The notes beneath the pieces are model-generated. The model was given only the letters and a program-made list of their open reading frames with translations, was not told the DNA's origin and did no database searches. Both the position numbers and the translations under genes were made by a program. A stretch of DNA of 64,000 bases from Hydrurus foetidus (taxonomy: Eukaryota), in the NCBI GenBank assembly GCA_900617105.1, contig UYFQ01000541.1, positions 1-64,000 on the forward strand. Reading direction: 5' to 3'. Numbering within the stretch: position 1 is the first letter of the stretch; each line of letters opens with the position of its first letter. Of the stretch, positions 59,122-64,000 are shown one piece after another.

Positions 59122-61604
59122 TTGTGAATAAAGTTCTTTTCGCGGAAAGTGACGATAAAGTAGAGGGAAAAGCGCGCGTAGTCTCTTCAAAAGTGTAAAT
59201 TCTAATTTAGGAGATTACATTTTAAAGCTTTTTACCTAAAACGGTTAAAACATTCGTTGGATTTGAATTTTTCAGTTTAAAAGATTTTCTTTTCTACAGG
59301 AACCGAAGTTCATTTTGATTAAAAGTAACGTTTCAGCTGAAATTTTTTATACCTGCAAAGAAAAAAATTCACTTAAGTCAGAAATCAAGCAATTACGCGT
59401 TATGAGAGTTTCTAACTTAACCTACTAACCATTACTAACTTAAAGTAATCTATTCTATTATACAATATACAATCAGGTAATAGACATATTACCAGAGTAT
59501 ACATTGTATAAATAAAACAAAGTACTAATGGTAGGATGTAATACTACCATATCACATCCTACCTATCCCAGCCTCCAGTAAAAGAAATTTTCGTATTAAC
59601 GGTCAAATTTTCATTTTACTAAAACAACTGAATTATTTACTACTTCCTAGAAATTAACTTTAAATTCGCGTTTGTGTTTGAAACTAAACGTTAATGTTGT
59701 GAATAAAGTTCTTTTTACGGAAAGTGACGACGAAGTAGAGGGAAAAACGCGCGTAGTCTCTTCAAAAGTGTAAATTCTAATTTAGGAGATTACATTTTAA
59801 AGCTTTTTACCTAAAACGGTTAAAACATTCGTTGGATTTGAATTTTTCAGTTTAAAAGATTTTCTTTTCTACAGGAACCGAAGTTCATTTTGATTAAAAG
59901 TAACGTTTCAGCTGAAATTTTCTATACCTGCAAAGAAAAAAGTTCACTTAAGTCAGAAATCAAGCAATTACGCGTTATGAGAGTTTCTAACTTAACCTAC
60001 TAACCATTACTAACTTAAAGTAATCTATTCTATTATACAATATACAATCAGGTAATAGACATATTACCAGAGTATACATTGTATAAATAAAACAAAGTAC
60101 TAATGGTAGGATGTAATACTACCATATCACATCCTACCTATCCCAGCCTCCAGTAAAAGAAATTTTCGTATTAACGGTCAAATTTTCATTTTACTAAAAC
60201 AATTGAATTATTTACTACTTCCTAGAAATTAACTTTAAATTCGCGTTTGTGTCTGAAACTAAACGTTAGTGTTAAAGCGTATCTTTTAAAACTCGAAAAT
60301 AAATTCCTTAAATCTTTTCAAGATAGTTGAAATAGAAAGCAGGCTGTACAAAAAACGATTTAACTTAACAGAGTGACTTTTAGCAATATCGATTTCATTC
60401 TAATTTTTATCTACTTCGTCGTAAAAGTCAGAACTCATTTTTTATTTAAGAACAATCTTCTTAAAAGTTTGAGGGTAACCATAAAAGCGAAAATATCAGC
60501 TGTTTAAACAAGCGTAGAAATACAGTTAACCGGAGAAAACCTTTCTAGTTAAAAGTGATTCGTTTTAAAATGTAGAGTATGTTCGATCTTGAAATTTTTA
60601 ATCTATTTTGAAACTAAACGTTAGTGTTGTGAATAAAGTTCTTTTTACGGAAAGTGACGACGAAGTAGAGGGAAAAACGCGCGTAGTCTCTTCAAAAGTG
60701 TAAATTCTAATTTAGGAGATTACATTTTAAAGCTTTTTACCTAAAACGGTTAAAACATTCGTTGGATTTGAATTTTTCAGTTTAAAAGATTTTCTTTTCT
60801 ACAGGAACCGAAGTTCATTTTGATTAAAAGTAACGTTTCAGCTGAAATTTTCTATACCTGCAAAGAAAAAAATTCACTTAAGTCAGAAATCAAGCAATTA
60901 CGCGTTATGAGAGTTTCTAACTTAACCTACTAACCATTACTAACTTAAAGTAATCTATTCTATTATACAATATACAATCAGGTAATAGACATATTACCAG
61001 AGTATACATTGTATAAATAAAACAAAGTACTAATGGTAGGATGTAATACTACCATATCACATCCTACCTATCCCAGCCTCCAGTAAAAGAAATTTTCGTA
61101 TTAACGGTCAAATTTTCATTTTACTAAAACAATTGAATTATTTACTACTTCCTAGAAATTAACTTTAAATTCGCGTTTGTGTCTGAAACTAAACGTTAGT
61201 GTTAAAGCGTATCTTTTAAAACTCGAAAATAAATTCCTTAAATCTTTTCAAGATAGTTGAAATAGAAAGCAGGCTGTACAAAAAACGATTTAACTTAACA
61301 GAGTGACTTTTAGCAATATCGATTTCATTCTAATTTTTATCTACTTCGTCGTAAAAGTCAGAACTCATTTTTTATTTAAGAACAATCTTCTTAAAAGTTT
61401 GAGGGTAACCATAAAAGCGAAAATATCAGCTGTTTAAACAAGTGTAAAAATACAGTTAACCGGAGAAAACCTTTCTAGTTAAAAGTGATTCGTTTTAAAA
61501 TGTAGAGTATGTTCGATCTTGAAATTTTTAATCTATTTTGAAACTAAACGTTAGTGTTGTGAATAAAGTTCCTTTTACAGAAAGTGACGACGAAGTAGAG
61601 GAAA
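59122..61604 (-). repeat. inverted continuation of the array, B'-B'-A'-B'-A'-partial B'
   Basis: reverse-complement junction TGAAACTAAACGTT ends at 59692, 60267, 60622, 61197 and 61552. Confidence 0.96.
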
Positions 61605-61714
61605 TAGTCCCTTCAAGCAAAGCGAATTTCATTCTGTGCATTTTTGACATTGGAAACTATTCTCGTAACGAGAATTTAAAAATCAGGCGCAGAATTAGAT
61701 AAGAAACTGACTAG

Positions 61715-64000
61715 TTGGAATTGTCAGTTATTCAATGACGTATGTGTTTTATATTTTAGGAAGTAAAAAATGGACTCAATTTGTTTTCTGAAGGAAATGG
61801 TAGTTTCCTTTGGTTTGAACTTAAGTCGCGGCAAGCTTTACATCTTTTTCTTAGACCCAACTCTGGGGTTATTTACGCTTTTGCCTGGAAATATACATTA
61901 TTATCGCTAATTGCACCATTTAGACGACTAGAATCTCCATTGCTTCGAAATTGTCAGCTATTCAACAACGTAAATAATTTTGTGTTTATTACTTTTTTGG
62001 ATTTTGAGGAGAAACTTTGCTTGAATCTCGATTATAAGTGGCATCTTTCATCTAGAGCGGATTCTGGAACTACAAATTATTTCTATAGCGGCAATTAGAA
62101 GTTAGGCACAAAGTTGAACGATGAAATTTACCTGTTTTAGACAAACACGAAATACTGATATGCTTATTTGGAATTGTCGGTTATTTAATGACGCATGTGT
62201 TTTATATTTTAGGAAGTGAAAAATGGACTCAATTTATTTTCTGAAGGAAATGGTAGTTTCCTTTGGTTTGAACTTAAGTCGCAGCAAGCTTTACACTTTT
62301 TTCTTAGACCCAACTCGGGGTTATTTACGCTTTTGGCTGGAAATATACATTATTATCGCTAATTGCACCATTTAGACGACTAGAATCTCCATTGTTTCGA
62401 AATTGTCAGCTATTCAACAACGTAAATAATTTTGTGTTTATCACTTTTTGGATTTTGAGGAGAAACTTTGCTTGAATCTCGATTATAAGTGGCATCTTTC
62501 ATCTAGAGCGGATTCTGGAACTACAAATTATTTCTATAGCGGCAATTAGAAGTTAGGCACAAAGTTGAACGATGAAATTTACCTGTTTTAGACAAACACG
62601 AAATACTGATATGCTTATTTGGAATTGTCGGTTATTTAATGACGCATGTGTTTTATATTTTAGGAAGTGAAAAATGGACTCAATTTATTTTCTGAAGGAA
62701 ATGGTAGTTTCCTTTGGTTTGAACTTAAGTCGCAGCAAGCTTTACACTTTTTCTTAGACCCAACTCGGGGTTATTTACGCTTTTGGCTGGAAATATACAT
62801 TATTATCGCTAATTGCACCATTTAGACGACTAGAATCTCCATTGTTTCGAAATTGTCAGCTATTCAACAACGTAAATAATTTTGTGTTTATTACTTTTTG
62901 GATTTTGAGGAGAAACTTTGCTTGAATCTCGATTATAAGTGGCATCTTTCATCTAGAGCGGATTCTGGAACTACAAATTATTTCTATAGCGGCAATTAGA
63001 AGTTAGGCACAAAGTTGAACGATGAAATTTACCTGTTTTAGACAAACACGAAATACTGATATGCTTATTTGGAATTGTCGGTTATTTAATGACGCATGTG
63101 TTTTATATTTTAGGAAGTGAAAAATGGACTCAATTTATTTTCTGAAGGAAATGGTAGTTTCCTTTGGTTTGAACTTAAGTCGCAGCAAGCTTTACACTTT
63201 TTTCTTAGACCCAACTCGGGGTTATTTACGCTTTTGGCTGGAAATATACATTATTATCGCTAATTGCACCATTTAGACGACTAGAATCTCCATTGTTTCG
63301 AAATTGTCAGCTATTCAACAACGTAAATAATTTTGTGTTTATTACTTTTTGGATTTTGAGGAGAAACTTTGCTTGAATCTCGATTATAAGTGGCATCTTT
63401 CATCTAGAGCGGATTCTGGAACTACAAATTATTTCTATAGCGGCAATTAGAAGTTAGGCACAAAGTTGAACGATGAAATTTACCTGTTTTAGACAAACAC
63501 GAGATACTGATATGCTTATTTGGAATTGTCGGTTATTTAATGACGCATGTGTTTTATATTTTAGGAAGTAAAAAATGGACTCAATTTATTTTCTGAAGGA
63601 AATGGTAGTTTCCTTTGGTTTGAACTTAAGTCGCAGCAAGCTTTACACTTTTTTCTTAGACCCAACTCGGGGTTATTTACGCTCTTGCCTGGAAATATAC
63701 ATTATTATCGCTAATTGCACCATTTAGACGACTAGAATCTCCATTGCTTCGAAATTGTCAGCTATTCAACAACGTAAATAATTTTGTGTTTATTACTTTT
63801 TGGATTTTGAGGAGAAACTTTGCTTGAATCTCGATTGTGAGTGGCATCTTTCATCTAGAGTGGATTCTGGAACTACAAATTATTTTTATAGCGGCAATTA
63901 GAAGTTAGGCACAAAGTTGAACGATGAAATTTACCTGTCTAGACAAACACGAGATACTGGTATGCTTATTTGGAATTGTCGGTTATTTAATGACGCATGT
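61715..64000. repeat. tandem array of a ~451-bp unit, five full copies, running off the window end
   Basis: GGAATTGTC(A/G)GTTATT at 61717, 62170, 62621, 63071, 63522 and 63972. Confidence 0.97.

Noticed and set aside
53110..61604. CRISPR-like array (constant short junction with intervening sequences)
   Set aside because: The intervening units are two long repeated modules, not unique short spacers, and there are no cas genes
61781..62098. 105-aa ORF in the first 451-bp repeat unit
   Set aside because: Non-ATG start and not preserved in the other copies

Overview
This window is a large part of an AT-rich protist mitochondrial genome that uses the standard code (TGA ends rpl2, rpl16 and rps13; Trp is TGG). 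The gene set (nad7/9/11, rpl2, many rps genes, no nad8/nad10/sdh, short Cox1 C-terminus) suggests a stramenopile, possibly an ochrophyte; this is inference only. It contains cox1-3, cob, nad1-7/4L/9/11, atp6, atp8, rps2/3/4/7/8/11/12/13/14/19, a probable hidden rps1, rpl2/6/14/16, an intron-free rnl and 21 tRNA genes. rns, atp9, atp1, tatC and trnW were not found in the window. Several genes (nad4, nad9, cob, nad11, rps1) are broken by frameshifts at short homopolymers, most likely long-read errors. Unusual features: (1) a ~5 kb foreign-looking island (32.3-37.1 kb) carrying a divergent family A DNA polymerase-like ORF, two paralogous ~320-aa orphan genes and a further membrane-protein orphan; (2) a ~150-aa in-frame C-terminal extension on Cob; (3) several tRNA-like elements lacking normal arms, one of them tmRNA-like; (4) four tandem-repeat systems of different ages, including a higher-order array of 354- and 575-bp units joined by a shared junction sequence that flips orientation to form a ~2-kb-arm palindrome.
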